A DNA stretch of 64,000 nt from assembly GCA_945870785.1 (NCBI GenBank), contig CAMBTK010000002.1:10042-74041 (forward strand). Direction: 5' to 3'. Numbering within the stretch: position 1 is the stretch's first letter; the number at the start of each line of letters is the position of its first letter. Below, one piece after another: positions 53,168-62,954 of the stretch. Both the position numbers and the translations under genes were made by a program. The notes under the pieces are model-generated. The model was not told the origin of the DNA. It was given only the letters and a program-made list of their open reading frames with translations, and made no database searches. Source of the stretch: Sulfurimonas crateris. Lineage in GTDB: Bacteria; Campylobacterota; Campylobacteria; Campylobacterales; Sulfurimonadaceae.

Positions 53168-53220
53168 CTCTTTTTTGCCTCTTTATGTATAATGGCAATA
53201 TTAATTTTATAAGGATAAAA

Positions 53221-53922
53221 ATGTTTAAGTTTATAGTAGCAGGGATTTTTTCACTACTCACATTGCAAGCAAGTACAGATGAAGCGTTAAGCGCATTTAA
53301 GAAGCATGATTACGCGGAGGCATTTAAACTTTATGAAAAAAGTGCAAAAGAGGGTGACGCTAAAGCTCAAAGTGCTTTGAGCTATCTTTATGCAATGGGT
53401 TTAGGAGTAGATAAAGATTTAAAGAAATCTCTTGGGTGGCTTGAAAAATCAGCTCAAAGCGGAGACGCAAATGCTCAGTACGATTTGGGAATGTTTTATC
53501 TAAATGGAAACAATGTAGAGCAAAACAGCAAAAAGGCTTCTGAGTTTCTTAGTAAGTCTGCAGCGCAAAAAAATACAAATGCACAATACAATTTAGCACT
53601 TATGTATTATAAGGGCGATGGTGTAGATTTAAATGTTTCAAAAACCATCGAGCTACTAAGCAGTGCCGCTAATGCAGGGCATATGAGTTCAAAACAAAAT
53701 TTAGGAAATATCTATATAGAACTTCTAAAATTTGATGAAGCAGCAAAGTGGTTTGAAAAAAGTGCTGCAGCTGGAGATGAGAGCTCATTCTTGACTCTTG
53801 CTCAGATATATTGCGAATTAAAAGAGTTTAAAAAGGCAAAAAATTGGGCAAGTAGAGCAATAGATGGCGGAAATAAAGAAGCAGAAATTCTTTATAAAAA
53901 ATATGAGCTAGAAAAGTACTAA
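53221..53922 (+). CDS. Exported Sel1-repeat protein
   Basis: Repeated AQY.LG..Y..G..V units; start after AAGGA. Confidence 0.9.
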   Translation: MFKFIVAGIFSLLTLQASTDEALSAFKKHDYAEAFKLYEKSAKEGDAKAQSALSYLYAMGLGVDKDLKKSLGWLEKSAQSGDANAQYDLGMFYLNGNNVEQNSKKASEFLSKSAAQKNTNAQYNLALMYYKGDGVDLNVSKTIELLSSAANAGHMSSKQNLGNIYIELLKFDEAAKWFEKSAAAGDESSFLTLAQIYCELKEFKKAKNWASRAIDGGNKEAEILYKKYELEKY

Positions 53923-54608
53923 ATAGGAATTACTTTATATCCTGAACCATAAATATTGTGGATAACCTCATTAGGAAGTTTTGCGCGTAACCTTTTCATA
54001 AGAGAAGTTACTGCGTGAACTGAAAACTCTTTATCATCTTTTGCTACATGCAGATAATCAAAAATATCCTTTGCTGAAAATATTTCATTTGGTTTTGAAA
54101 AAAGAAGATTTAAGAGCAGACTCTCCATTCTTCTAAGTTTTATCTCTTTTGAATCTCCCCACAGCGTGTTTGTACCATGATCCCAAAAAATACTATCTGT
54201 TACGAATGTACGGTGTGTTCTTTCTCTAAGTTGCTTTACAATATCTAGTAAAATAGTTTTTAGTTTTTCTGTTTTAATCGGCTTTATAAGGTATGATTCA
54301 AGATGAAGCTTTATAGCAAGAAGAAGTTTTTCTTGTTCAGAGTGAGCGCTCATAACGATAATTTTTGTCTCTTTATCGTCTTCTCTAATCTTGCTTATCA
54401 TCTCAAGACCATCAAGGTTTGGCATACTAATATCTGTTAGTATAATATCTGGCTTTTTTTGTTTGTAAATATCATAAGCTTCATCGCCAGAAGCAGCGGT
54501 ATATACTCTGCTAAAAAATAGCTGTAAGTACTCTTGCAATAGTTCACGAAGATCAGCTTCATCTTCAGCAAGTAAAATAGATATATCTCTAATTTTTTCA
54601 ATTTTCAT
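53919..54608 (-). CDS. Response regulator, receiver + OmpR-type winged helix
   Basis: AEDE, TDISMP, KP and RLRAKL..IYGSGY motifs. Confidence 0.93.
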   Translation of the reverse strand: MKIEKIRDISILLAEDEADLRELLQEYLQLFFSRVYTAASGDEAYDIYKQKKPDIILTDISMPNLDGLEMISKIREDDKETKIIVMSAHSEQEKLLLAIKLHLESYLIKPIKTEKLKTILLDIVKQLRERTHRTFVTDSIFWDHGTNTLWGDSKEIKLRRMESLLLNLLFSKPNEIFSAKDIFDYLHVAKDDKEFSVHAVTSLMKRLRAKLPNEVIHNIYGSGYKVIPI

Positions 54609-56124
54609 TTTTTACCTTTATAGTAAATTTTGCACCAATTTTTTCATTTTCTATATCATAAATATTTTTTGCACTCAAAGAGCCGTTCATATTCTCTTCA
54701 ATAATCATTTTTGCAATATGCAGTCCAAGTCCAGTTCCCATAGACTTATGTTTCGTAGTAAAATATGGATCAAATATCTTGCTAAGATTAAAATCTTCTA
54801 TCCCACCGCAATTATCGGAAATGGATAAAATTATATAATCATTTTCTTTATCTGTTTCAATTGTAATTTCTACGGTTCTTAAATTTTTTATTGTAATTAT
54901 GTCATTGATATTAGATATTATTGAAACTAGTACTTGTATAAATTCATTGATAAGTCCAAAAATTTGATATTCATTATTGATCACAAGATTTACTTTAACA
55001 CTGCTGTTTGTTTGTGGAACATGCGCTATATCAAGGCTTCTTTGCACCGCATCGCATATTTTAAACCAAGATTTTTCTTTATCTGGAGTGTAATAGCTCA
55101 TAAAATCTTCAATAGTTTCTGAGAGATATATAACACGTTTTTCCATCTTTTGTAGTTTTTCGCCTAGCTCTTCTTTGCTAAGAGATGATGCTCTGTTTTT
55201 CTCTTGCAGTATTGCAAGTGAAGTGTTTATTATTGCTAATGGTTGGCGCCATTGATGGGCTATATTTCCAATCATCTCACCAATTTCTGCTCTTTTTGAT
55301 TGCTCAAAAATTAACAAATCACGCTCTTTAAGCGCTATCTCTTTTTGCTGAAGCTCTTCAATTGTGTCAATTAGCTCACGATTGTATTTCTCTTCTATGT
55401 AAAGTCCACAATCAAGGTTTTTCATATCTTGAATTAGTTGGTGGATATATTTTTTCTCTATTACGGAGCCATGTTGAGGAGCAATTAGATTGATATCTAG
55501 TTTTTCTATCTTTGCAAGTGCGTAGTTAAAAATATCTTTGCTAGGCATATATTCTTGATGAAAAAGTTTAGCTTTTAAAAAGTATGTCTCATCTGCGTAA
55601 AAATCCCAAGACTCCTCTATGCCTCCAAAAATATCTCCAGAAAAAAGAACTTTAGAAATTGGCTCATAGCTAACAAACGCCCCAGGTGAGTGGCAGTAAG
55701 GGGTAGTGAGAAAATCTAACTCCAGCCCACTTGAAGTTAATAGCTTGTTGTTGTTTTTATCTATCTCATAATAGTTTGATTTTATAAGGTAATGTTTTAC
55801 TAAAAGAGACATTCTTGAGTGTGTCACAATTAGTAAATCATCTCTGTTTATAAGTTTTTCTATTTCAGGAACTGCCGCTGCTAAATCTGGGTCTTGATGA
55901 TGAAGAATAATATATTTTATATCTTGCATATTTATGAGAGTTTTTATTTTTCTAACAGTTTCATCAAACTCAAGCATGGAGCCTGGGTCTATCAAGATAG
56001 ACTCATTTCCATTTTTGATTAGATAAGGGTGACATTGAAAGGGGTCATTTTTTAAATGCATACCAACCCAATAGATATTTGGTGCAATTAGTATAGCTTC
56101 GGATACGCCTAGAAGATTACTCAT
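54598..56124 (-). CDS. Soluble histidine kinase with N-terminal MBL-fold di-iron (ODP-like) domain
   Basis: HHQDPD, CHSPG, FSGD and PQHG; then AHQWRQPL, FDPYFTTK and GTGLGL. Start reassigned to MSN at 56124. Confidence 0.88.
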   Translation of the reverse strand: MSNLLGVSEAILIAPNIYWVGMHLKNDPFQCHPYLIKNGNESILIDPGSMLEFDETVRKIKTLINMQDIKYIILHHQDPDLAAAVPEIEKLINRDDLLIVTHSRMSLLVKHYLIKSNYYEIDKNNNKLLTSSGLELDFLTTPYCHSPGAFVSYEPISKVLFSGDIFGGIEESWDFYADETYFLKAKLFHQEYMPSKDIFNYALAKIEKLDINLIAPQHGSVIEKKYIHQLIQDMKNLDCGLYIEEKYNRELIDTIEELQQKEIALKERDLLIFEQSKRAEIGEMIGNIAHQWRQPLAIINTSLAILQEKNRASSLSKEELGEKLQKMEKRVIYLSETIEDFMSYYTPDKEKSWFKICDAVQRSLDIAHVPQTNSSVKVNLVINNEYQIFGLINEFIQVLVSIISNINDIITIKNLRTVEITIETDKENDYIILSISDNCGGIEDFNLSKIFDPYFTTKHKSMGTGLGLHIAKMIIEENMNGSLSAKNIYDIENEKIGAKFTIKVKNEN

Positions 56125-56857
56125 TTCCCTCAAACCACTGTAGCTGTTCTCTAAGTTCAACAACTCTTCCAACAACAATAAGCGCAGGAGTTGGAACATC
56201 TTTCGTTTTTGCAACAATGTTTTCTAAAGTACCTACAACAACACTTTGTTCTTTTGTAGTCCCTTTTGAAATAACAGCACATGGATAATCTTTTGGTTTG
56301 CCAATCTCCATAAGTTTTTTACTAATTTTTGGAAGATTATGAAGACCCATTAAAAATACTATCGTATCATCTGTTTTAAATGTTTCCCATGGGATTTGAG
56401 ACTCTTTTTTATTTGGAGACTCATGTCCAGTTACAACTCTAAAGCTTACAGAAACACCACGATGAGTTACGGGAATACCAGCATAAGCAGGTGCGCTTAT
56501 CGCAGATGTAATGCCAGGAATTACATCAAAAGCAATGCCTCTTTCTCTAAGATAGAGCGCTTCTTCTCCGCCACGCCCAAACACAAAAGGGTCACCACCT
56601 TTTAAACGTACAACATTTTCATGTTTTAGTGCGTTTTGATAGATGACCTCATTTATATCATCTTGAGGAACTATATGTCTGCCATCTTCTTTACCAACGT
56701 AAACAAATTCACATCCGCTTTTTGCTTCGTGTAAAATGTCTGGATTTGCAAGACGATCATAAATAATTACATCTGCTTCTTTAATCACTCTAAGCGCTTT
56801 AATTGTTAGAAGCTCTATATCTCCAGGACCAGCCCCAGTTAGATAAACTTTACTCAT
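56117..56857 (-). CDS. nirE: Uroporphyrinogen-III C-methyltransferase (NirE/CobA)
   Basis: GAGPGD and RLKGGDPFVFGRGGEE motifs; lies in the nir cluster. Confidence 0.9.
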   Translation of the reverse strand: MSKVYLTGAGPGDIELLTIKALRVIKEADVIIYDRLANPDILHEAKSGCEFVYVGKEDGRHIVPQDDINEVIYQNALKHENVVRLKGGDPFVFGRGGEEALYLRERGIAFDVIPGITSAISAPAYAGIPVTHRGVSVSFRVVTGHESPNKKESQIPWETFKTDDTIVFLMGLHNLPKISKKLMEIGKPKDYPCAVISKGTTKEQSVVVGTLENIVAKTKDVPTPALIVVGRVVELREQLQWFEGNE

Positions 56858-57993
56858 TACTTAGCCTCTTTGTATAAAAATATGCCTGATGGCTTGTTGA
56901 TACCGAACATTTCACGAGCTAAATACCACTCTTTAGTGTTTATAACTGCTACTTTGTTTGTGTCATTTACAGATACATATAGATTAGGGCGCACATCAGA
57001 CCATCTAACATGAAGAACTTTTCCATCAAATTCAAATCTTTTAACAACCTCAAGAGTTTTTGTATCTATTATCTGAATAACAGGAAATTTATCTCCGCTA
57101 AAAGTAACTGCCATATATTTTTGATCAGGACTTAGCGTTGTAAAAACTGGCAATCCTTCAACCTCAATATTTTTAACAAATTTAAAGTCAGATGTATATA
57201 CTAAAACTTTATTGTTTCCAACAGCAGGAATAAAGACATTTCCCTCGCTTATACTCCAAAAACCAAAGTGAGGAACTTTTAGTACAGGCTTTCTATCTTC
57301 AAGTAAAATATCTATTTTAGAGTACTCCATCGTGTCAAGATTTACGACACCAAAGAAGTTACTTTTAAAGAACCCAGTTATGAAGTTATTGTTCTTTATC
57401 ATAGCATCAAATGGCATTACACCGACGTTTTCAAACTCTTTAAATATCTCAAAATTTGGAACGCCTTTACCGCCATTTTTATCTTTTAGAACCGTAATTT
57501 TGTCATTATCCATTTGCGAGAAAACAAGAAAATCTTTATATTTTTTGATACCGACGTTTTTAGAGTTTGTTTCAAAAGATTTTATAGGATTTAAATCTCT
57601 ATCAAGAATATCAACACTTTTTTTAGCGTAGTTTGCTACTGCAATATAATTTTTCTCAACAGTAAAACCAATAGCACTATCACTTGTTTTGTACTCTTTT
57701 AAAATTTTCTCATTTTGTGGGTCAAATTTTATGATATATCCATCACGAGAAATTACATATCCATCGTTGTCATAAAACTTTACAACACCGTGATTCATAT
57801 CGTGCATGCCATCAATATGGCCTTTTGTCATCCCTTGTTCAATTACAGCTAGAGAATTACTCTCTCTCTCAACAACAAAAACTTTCTCTTCGCCTTTAAT
57901 TGATGCAAGTATAGGGTTTACACCCTGTGCTTCAGCGATTCCAACGATAGATGCTACTAAAGAAACAGCTACTAAAAACTTACTTATATACAT
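56857..57993 (-). CDS. nirF: Heme d1 biosynthesis/insertion protein NirF
   Basis: Signal peptide, VVERES, beta-propeller, KVPH and PSGIF motifs. Confidence 0.85.
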   Translation of the reverse strand: MYISKFLVAVSLVASIVGIAEAQGVNPILASIKGEEKVFVVERESNSLAVIEQGMTKGHIDGMHDMNHGVVKFYDNDGYVISRDGYIIKFDPQNEKILKEYKTSDSAIGFTVEKNYIAVANYAKKSVDILDRDLNPIKSFETNSKNVGIKKYKDFLVFSQMDNDKITVLKDKNGGKGVPNFEIFKEFENVGVMPFDAMIKNNNFITGFFKSNFFGVVNLDTMEYSKIDILLEDRKPVLKVPHFGFWSISEGNVFIPAVGNNKVLVYTSDFKFVKNIEVEGLPVFTTLSPDQKYMAVTFSGDKFPVIQIIDTKTLEVVKRFEFDGKVLHVRWSDVRPNLYVSVNDTNKVAVINTKEWYLAREMFGINKPSGIFLYKEAK

Positions 57994-59114
57994 TAATCTC
58001 TCCTTCTCTCTTGTTCAGTTAAATAACATGATGGATCTTCACTCCATAAGTCGCCAGTTATAGCATAAGCTCTTGATCTTGAGCCACCGTTACAAATATC
58101 AATCTGCTCACATGAGGCACATATTCCACTAATCTGTTTTCTTGGATGGATACGGAGCTGGTCAAGCAGCTCGCCACTTTGCCAAATATCACCAAAATTT
58201 TTCTCTATAATATTCCCAACAGTAAGTGGAAAAAATGGATCAGGGCGAACATCTCCTTCACTGTTTATGTTTAAAAGCTTTCGCCCAGCGCTATTGCCAC
58301 CCCATGAAACAAGGCGCTCTCTCATCTTATTCTTCAAGTCTGGATATTTAAGAGCAAATCTATTTAAAAAAAGTATCGCATCTTGTTCCATATTGCCAGT
58401 TACAATCTCTATATCTCTGCCTGTTTCATAATACTCAAAAGCTTTGTCTAAAATAAACTCTACACTCTTTCTTCTCTGCTCTTTTGATAAATCCATCTTC
58501 AAGTTATCAAGTCCACGGCCAGAGTAAACAAGGTGTGAAATATAGATTTTTGATATTTCTTCTTTTTCGGCTAAATCAAAAATATACTCTAAAGAATTAA
58601 CAGTCTCTTTTGTTATAGTAAAGCGGATACCAACTTTACCACCATGCTCATTTGCAATGCGAACAGCTTTAAGAGTCTCTTTAAATGCGCCTTTTAATCC
58701 ACGGAAATGATCATGAGTAGGCTCATCACCATCTATGCTTATGCCAACGTAGTTAAACGTATCAACTATGCGCTTGACATTTCCTTTGGTGAAGTATAAG
58801 CCATTGCTTGAGAGATAAGTGATGATTCCGTTATCTTTACAAAAATCTGCTATTTCAAAGAGATCTTTTCTAGTAAGAGGTTCTCCGCCAGAAAATATTA
58901 TAAATTTTACACCATTTTCTTTCATCTCTAAAATTGTTTTTTTTATCTGCTGTGTAGTTAATGTATCTACTTCATCAAGTGTTGATTTTGAGTAACAGTG
59001 CAGACAAGACAAGTTACAGCGATTTGTAAAATTCCATATAGCAATTGAGCCATTAAGTACTCTTTCTGGTTTGTCTTCTATGACAGAGTGGATAAGATTT
59101 GATAGTCTAAACAT
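57993..59114 (-). CDS. nirJ: Heme d1 biosynthesis radical SAM protein
   Basis: MFRLS N-terminus, CNLSCLHC, SHLVYSGRG and DPSCYL motifs. Confidence 0.9.
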   Translation of the reverse strand: MFRLSNLIHSVIEDKPERVLNGSIAIWNFTNRCNLSCLHCYSKSTLDEVDTLTTQQIKKTILEMKENGVKFIIFSGGEPLTRKDLFEIADFCKDNGIITYLSSNGLYFTKGNVKRIVDTFNYVGISIDGDEPTHDHFRGLKGAFKETLKAVRIANEHGGKVGIRFTITKETVNSLEYIFDLAEKEEISKIYISHLVYSGRGLDNLKMDLSKEQRRKSVEFILDKAFEYYETGRDIEIVTGNMEQDAILFLNRFALKYPDLKNKMRERLVSWGGNSAGRKLLNINSEGDVRPDPFFPLTVGNIIEKNFGDIWQSGELLDQLRIHPRKQISGICASCEQIDICNGGSRSRAYAITGDLWSEDPSCYLTEQERRRD

Positions 59115-59420
59115 CTATTTGCCTTTGTATGAGAGAATATAATTTGCTATATCTTCTCTCTCTTTATCAGTTAATTTTAATTTTGTCATAACAGTTCGTT
59201 TGTATCCAAATGCTTGATACATTGATTCTGGATCAATAATATAGGCTTGAATCTCTTCTAGGGTTCTCTTTTGTGCAATTTCAATAAATGGAGGACCAAA
59301 TGCTTCTGAAATTTGATGATGACAACCCCAACAATAAGTTTCAAAAACCTTTTTGCCTTCTGAGTCTTGTGCAGATAAAAAAGAAGCAATTAACAGCACT
59401 ATTAATAGTTTTAAATTCAT
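59115..59420 (-). CDS. Small monoheme cytochrome c (NirC/NirM-like)
   Basis: Signal peptide, CWGCH and distal Met. Confidence 0.85.
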   Translation of the reverse strand: MNLKLLIVLLIASFLSAQDSEGKKVFETYCWGCHHQISEAFGPPFIEIAQKRTLEEIQAYIIDPESMYQAFGYKRTVMTKLKLTDKEREDIANYILSYKGK

Positions 59421-59574
59421 GTTTTCTCTTTAATTTTATTTTTTATTCTAACCTAACTAAGCTTGAATTATGGCTTATAAATGTCAAAAAAAGATTATTT
59501 TATATTATATGAGAAGTAATGAGTAGTGTGTGAAAATAATGAATATATAAAAGTATTGAAAATTTTAGAAGAGA

Positions 59575-59602
59575 TTTTTCTCTCCAAAAAAGGAGAGAAA
59601 AA
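59575..59602 (-). terminator. Hairpin downstream of nirS
   Basis: TTTTTCTCTCC-AAAAAA-GGAGAGAAAAA, 11-bp stem. Confidence 0.6.
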
Positions 59603-59609
59603 GTGCTAG

Positions 59610-61250
59610 TTATGCACCTGGAATAGTTTGTCTGTGCTCGATAGAGTAAGTAAACGTAGGAGTTGTTAAACCAGTGATGTATTTAACAAATTTACCTGTT
59701 TTAGCTTCATAGATACCGATACGTCCAGCATTCCACTCAGAAATCATAGTCCAGTGACCGTGATTTGCTGGCTCAGCGTGAAGTATACGAGGAACTACAA
59801 CCTCACCTTTAGCATCTTTTACAGTTGGAACTTCCCATTTGTAGAATACTTTATGAGTTACAGGATCTGTAACAGTACCTTCAGTTGTACCAACAGTAAT
59901 GATTCTATCTAACTCAAGAGTTTGCTTGTTAATCAAGTGAACTTGATTCCAAACATCTGGACCACCAAGAACGTTATCTGCCCAAACAAATGGAGTGTGC
60001 TCAGATGTTCCAACGAACAATCCACCACCACCAGTTGGTATTTGACGGATAACATCGAAATGATCATCCCAGATAGTTACTTGACCTAAGTTCATGTTAA
60101 CTGTTGCTCCAAGTTGTTGACCAAGAGTTTCGTTATACCAAGAAGAACCTTGACCTGGGTGTGGCTTAGATGCAGGACCTGTATAGATTTTTGTAACTAA
60201 AGATTTAGTTTTAAAGTCTACAACACCAACAACGTCACTTCCTTGAGAAGCGATAAATAGGTAACGACCAATCTCTTTACCTTCATTTAAGAAACCATCA
60301 TGAAGAATATTACCAATGTTTGGAATATCACCAACAATTGGGAAGTTTGGTTTAGAGTAATCTACGATGTAAACATGTCCACCATCTTTAAGTGCAAATG
60401 CAATATAAGGACCGTATGGAGTATCAAAGATACCAGCTACACGAGAAGAATCGATATCACCATTTGGCTTGATAACGCTTGAAGTTGGGTAAACTTTTAA
60501 CGGCTCAAGAGTCATAGCATCAAGAAGGATAGCACCGCCTGGAACATAGTTTCCAGCCATTAGGTATTTACCATCTGGTGAAACTGCAAGACCACGAGAG
60601 TCTGATCCAACTTGAACTTCAGCAATTTTTTGTTGACCTGGAGTATTTAAGTCGAACATTGTTACTAAACCTGAACGAGAGATTGAGTAAGCATAACGAG
60701 GTTGACGCTTATTTGTAACAGTTACGTGAACCGCAAAACCAGCAGGGTGCTTAGACAATACTTTGCCACTTGTTCCATCAACGAATGCAACACGCTCAGC
60801 ATCACGCTCAGTTACGAAACAGATGTCTGTAACTTTTTTAACATCCGCAGCTTGTGGATATTTTGTAAAGAATGCCATTCTGTCATTAAGAGGCTTCCAT
60901 GCAGATTTAACTGTATCAAGAGTTAGTTGCTTGATTACTCTACCTTTAAAGTGTTGGATATAATCAACCATTTTATCAGAGTCATCTTTAGTCATTTTAT
61001 CTTTAAATGATGGCATTGCAGTACCTGCACGGCCGTTTAAGATAGTTTCAGCAAGCTCATAAGAGTTTTTCTTAGCTGTTACAGCAGGACGTAAATCTGA
61101 ACCAACACCACCCTCTAGGTTAGGACCATGACACCCTTGACACTCTTTTTCAAAAACTTTCTCAGGATCAAAATCAGCTGCTTGCGCAAGCATACCTGAA
61201 CCAACAACTGCCATTGCAGCTACTGATAATACTAATTTATTTAATCTCAT
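59610..61250 (-). CDS. nirS: Cytochrome cd1 nitrite reductase
   Basis: Signal peptide, CQGCH, AGFAVH, LHDG and PHPG motifs. Confidence 0.95.
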   Translation of the reverse strand: MRLNKLVLSVAAMAVVGSGMLAQAADFDPEKVFEKECQGCHGPNLEGGVGSDLRPAVTAKKNSYELAETILNGRAGTAMPSFKDKMTKDDSDKMVDYIQHFKGRVIKQLTLDTVKSAWKPLNDRMAFFTKYPQAADVKKVTDICFVTERDAERVAFVDGTSGKVLSKHPAGFAVHVTVTNKRQPRYAYSISRSGLVTMFDLNTPGQQKIAEVQVGSDSRGLAVSPDGKYLMAGNYVPGGAILLDAMTLEPLKVYPTSSVIKPNGDIDSSRVAGIFDTPYGPYIAFALKDGGHVYIVDYSKPNFPIVGDIPNIGNILHDGFLNEGKEIGRYLFIASQGSDVVGVVDFKTKSLVTKIYTGPASKPHPGQGSSWYNETLGQQLGATVNMNLGQVTIWDDHFDVIRQIPTGGGGLFVGTSEHTPFVWADNVLGGPDVWNQVHLINKQTLELDRIITVGTTEGTVTDPVTHKVFYKWEVPTVKDAKGEVVVPRILHAEPANHGHWTMISEWNAGRIGIYEAKTGKFVKYITGLTTPTFTYSIEHRQTIPGA

Positions 61251-61306
61251 TTTATTTCTCCTTCTAAAATAGACAAATTTACAAGCCCTCTCAGGCCTGA
61301 AACATA

Positions 61307-61348
61307 ATTGAAACTCAAGGCCCTATTGGGCCCTGAAAGTGTTTCAAT
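61307..61348 (-). other. Long GC-rich stem-loop upstream of nirS
   Basis: Minus strand ATTGAAAC-ACTT-TCAGGGCCC-AATA-GGGCCTTGA-GTTTCAAT. Confidence 0.7.
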
Positions 61349-61350
61349 AA

Positions 61351-61518
61351 TTAGTTACCCTCTTTCTCTAAACGAGCTTTTTCTTGCTTATAAATCCAAA
61401 ACATTGGAAGTATAATTACAGTGTGCAAGAAAATAGTTAGAGTCATTGGCCCTTGAGACAAAGTAGCAAAAAAACTTGGTACTACATCTACAAACGGCTC
61501 AAACATTGCGTTCATCAT
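61351..61518 (-). CDS. Small 55-aa single-TM protein between norB and nirS (not in ORF track)
   Basis: MMNAMFEPFVDVVPSFFATLSQGPMTLTIFLHTVIILPMFWIYKQEKARLEKEGN*. The AAGGAG RBS overlaps the norB stop. Confidence 0.75.
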   Translation of the reverse strand: MMNAMFEPFVDVVPSFFATLSQGPMTLTIFLHTVIILPMFWIYKQEKARLEKEGN

Positions 61519-61529
61519 TGTATCTCTCC

Positions 61530-62954
61530 TTATCTTACGTGGTGAGTAGCTTTACCGATACTCAATAAATCTTTAACTAAGAATAGGAATCCTACAAATG
61601 TAACAACACCCATTAATAGTCTCCATACTAAACCTTGTACTAACCAAGTTGTAGCTTGAGCATCAAAATAACCAGCCCATGTAGCACCCATTTGTGCACG
61701 AGATATAATAACGTCTGAATAACCAGCTAGTGTAAGTGCTACAGTCATACCAACAACACCACCAACAATCATACTTACCGCCCAAATAGACGACTTAGTG
61801 TTATTAAGTATTTTAATGTTGTTTTTTCCTTGAACTGCTAAATACATCATACCAATAAGAATAGTTGCATAAGCTCCAAAGAACGCTAAGTGTCCGTGAG
61901 CAGATGTAAACTGTGTTCCGTGTGTATAAAGGTTAACCTGTGGCATTGTGTGGAAGAATCCCCAAACACCAGCGCCTAAGAAGTTACCAAGTGCATTCAT
62001 GATAAACCATGTAAACGCAGGTTTATTTGTAATAACCGATAAATCTTGACCTTTTGCAGCTTCTTCCCCTTGCATTTTACCCCAGTCATAAAGAACGTGG
62101 ATAAACATCGCAACAAGTGGTAATGGCTCTAGTGCAGAGAATAGTGCCCCAATTTCCCACCAGTACTCAGGTGTACCGATCCAGAAGTAGTGGTGACCCA
62201 TACCAAGGATACCTGAACCAAATAGCATTGCTACTTCGATCCATAACCACATTTCAACAACTTTACGGTGTGCACCAATCATAGTGATTAGACCATAAGC
62301 AGCTAGTGCACCAACAAAAACTTCCCATGTAGCTTCAACCCAAAGGTGAATAACCCACCACCACCAGAATTGATCAATAGAGATATTATCAGTGTAGAAC
62401 ATACCAGTTAAGTAAAGACCAGCAAAAGCAATCATATCTGCCATAAGAACAGTAACGATACCAGAACGGTTACCTTTAATACCTGTCATGAAAAGGTTTG
62501 CAACGAAACCAAGTGCTACAACAGTAATACCTAAGTCAGCCCAACGCGGTGCTTCGATATACTCTCTACCTTCATGAATAAACCATATTGATGTTTCATC
62601 AGCAGGTCCAACTTGAATGAATAAGTATACAAGAACAACAACAGTTACAGCTGCAGTAAATACCCAGAAAAGTAATTTTCCAAGACCAATACCAACAGTT
62701 TCAATTCCTGTTTCATCAGGTAATAACCAATAAACAGAACCAAACATAGCAAAAACCATCCATACAACAAGTGCATTGATGTGTACCATTCTAGCTACAG
62801 AGAAATCTAGGATTTCAAATAAGAAGCCCGGCATAACATACTGAATAGCTGCTACAAGACCAAAGAGTAACTGTGCTCCAAAAAGAGTTGCTGCAACAGT
62901 AAAATACCAAGTTGCTAACTTTTTAGACTCAGATTTTGAATAACTACTTGCCAT
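61530..62954 (-). CDS. norB: Nitric oxide reductase large subunit (cNOR)
   Basis: RMVH, GREYIE, HLWVEATWE, GHH, ALEP and AHGH motifs. Confidence 0.96.
   Translation of the reverse strand: MASSYSKSESKKLATWYFTVAATLFGAQLLFGLVAAIQYVMPGFLFEILDFSVARMVHINALVVWMVFAMFGSVYWLLPDETGIETVGIGLGKLLFWVFTAAVTVVVLVYLFIQVGPADETSIWFIHEGREYIEAPRWADLGITVVALGFVANLFMTGIKGNRSGIVTVLMADMIAFAGLYLTGMFYTDNISIDQFWWWWVIHLWVEATWEVFVGALAAYGLITMIGAHRKVVEMWLWIEVAMLFGSGILGMGHHYFWIGTPEYWWEIGALFSALEPLPLVAMFIHVLYDWGKMQGEEAAKGQDLSVITNKPAFTWFIMNALGNFLGAGVWGFFHTMPQVNLYTHGTQFTSAHGHLAFFGAYATILIGMMYLAVQGKNNIKILNNTKSSIWAVSMIVGGVVGMTVALTLAGYSDVIISRAQMGATWAGYFDAQATTWLVQGLVWRLLMGVVTFVGFLFLVKDLLSIGKATHHVR

Noticed and set aside
56125-56217. 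Longer N-terminus for the ODP kinase
   Set aside because: Lies within nirE in another frame; the MSN start overlapping the nirE stop is more plausible.
61307-61348. CRISPR-repeat-like ends ATTGAAAC / GTTTCAAT
   Set aside because: Single occurrence forming a hairpin, with no array and no cas genes.
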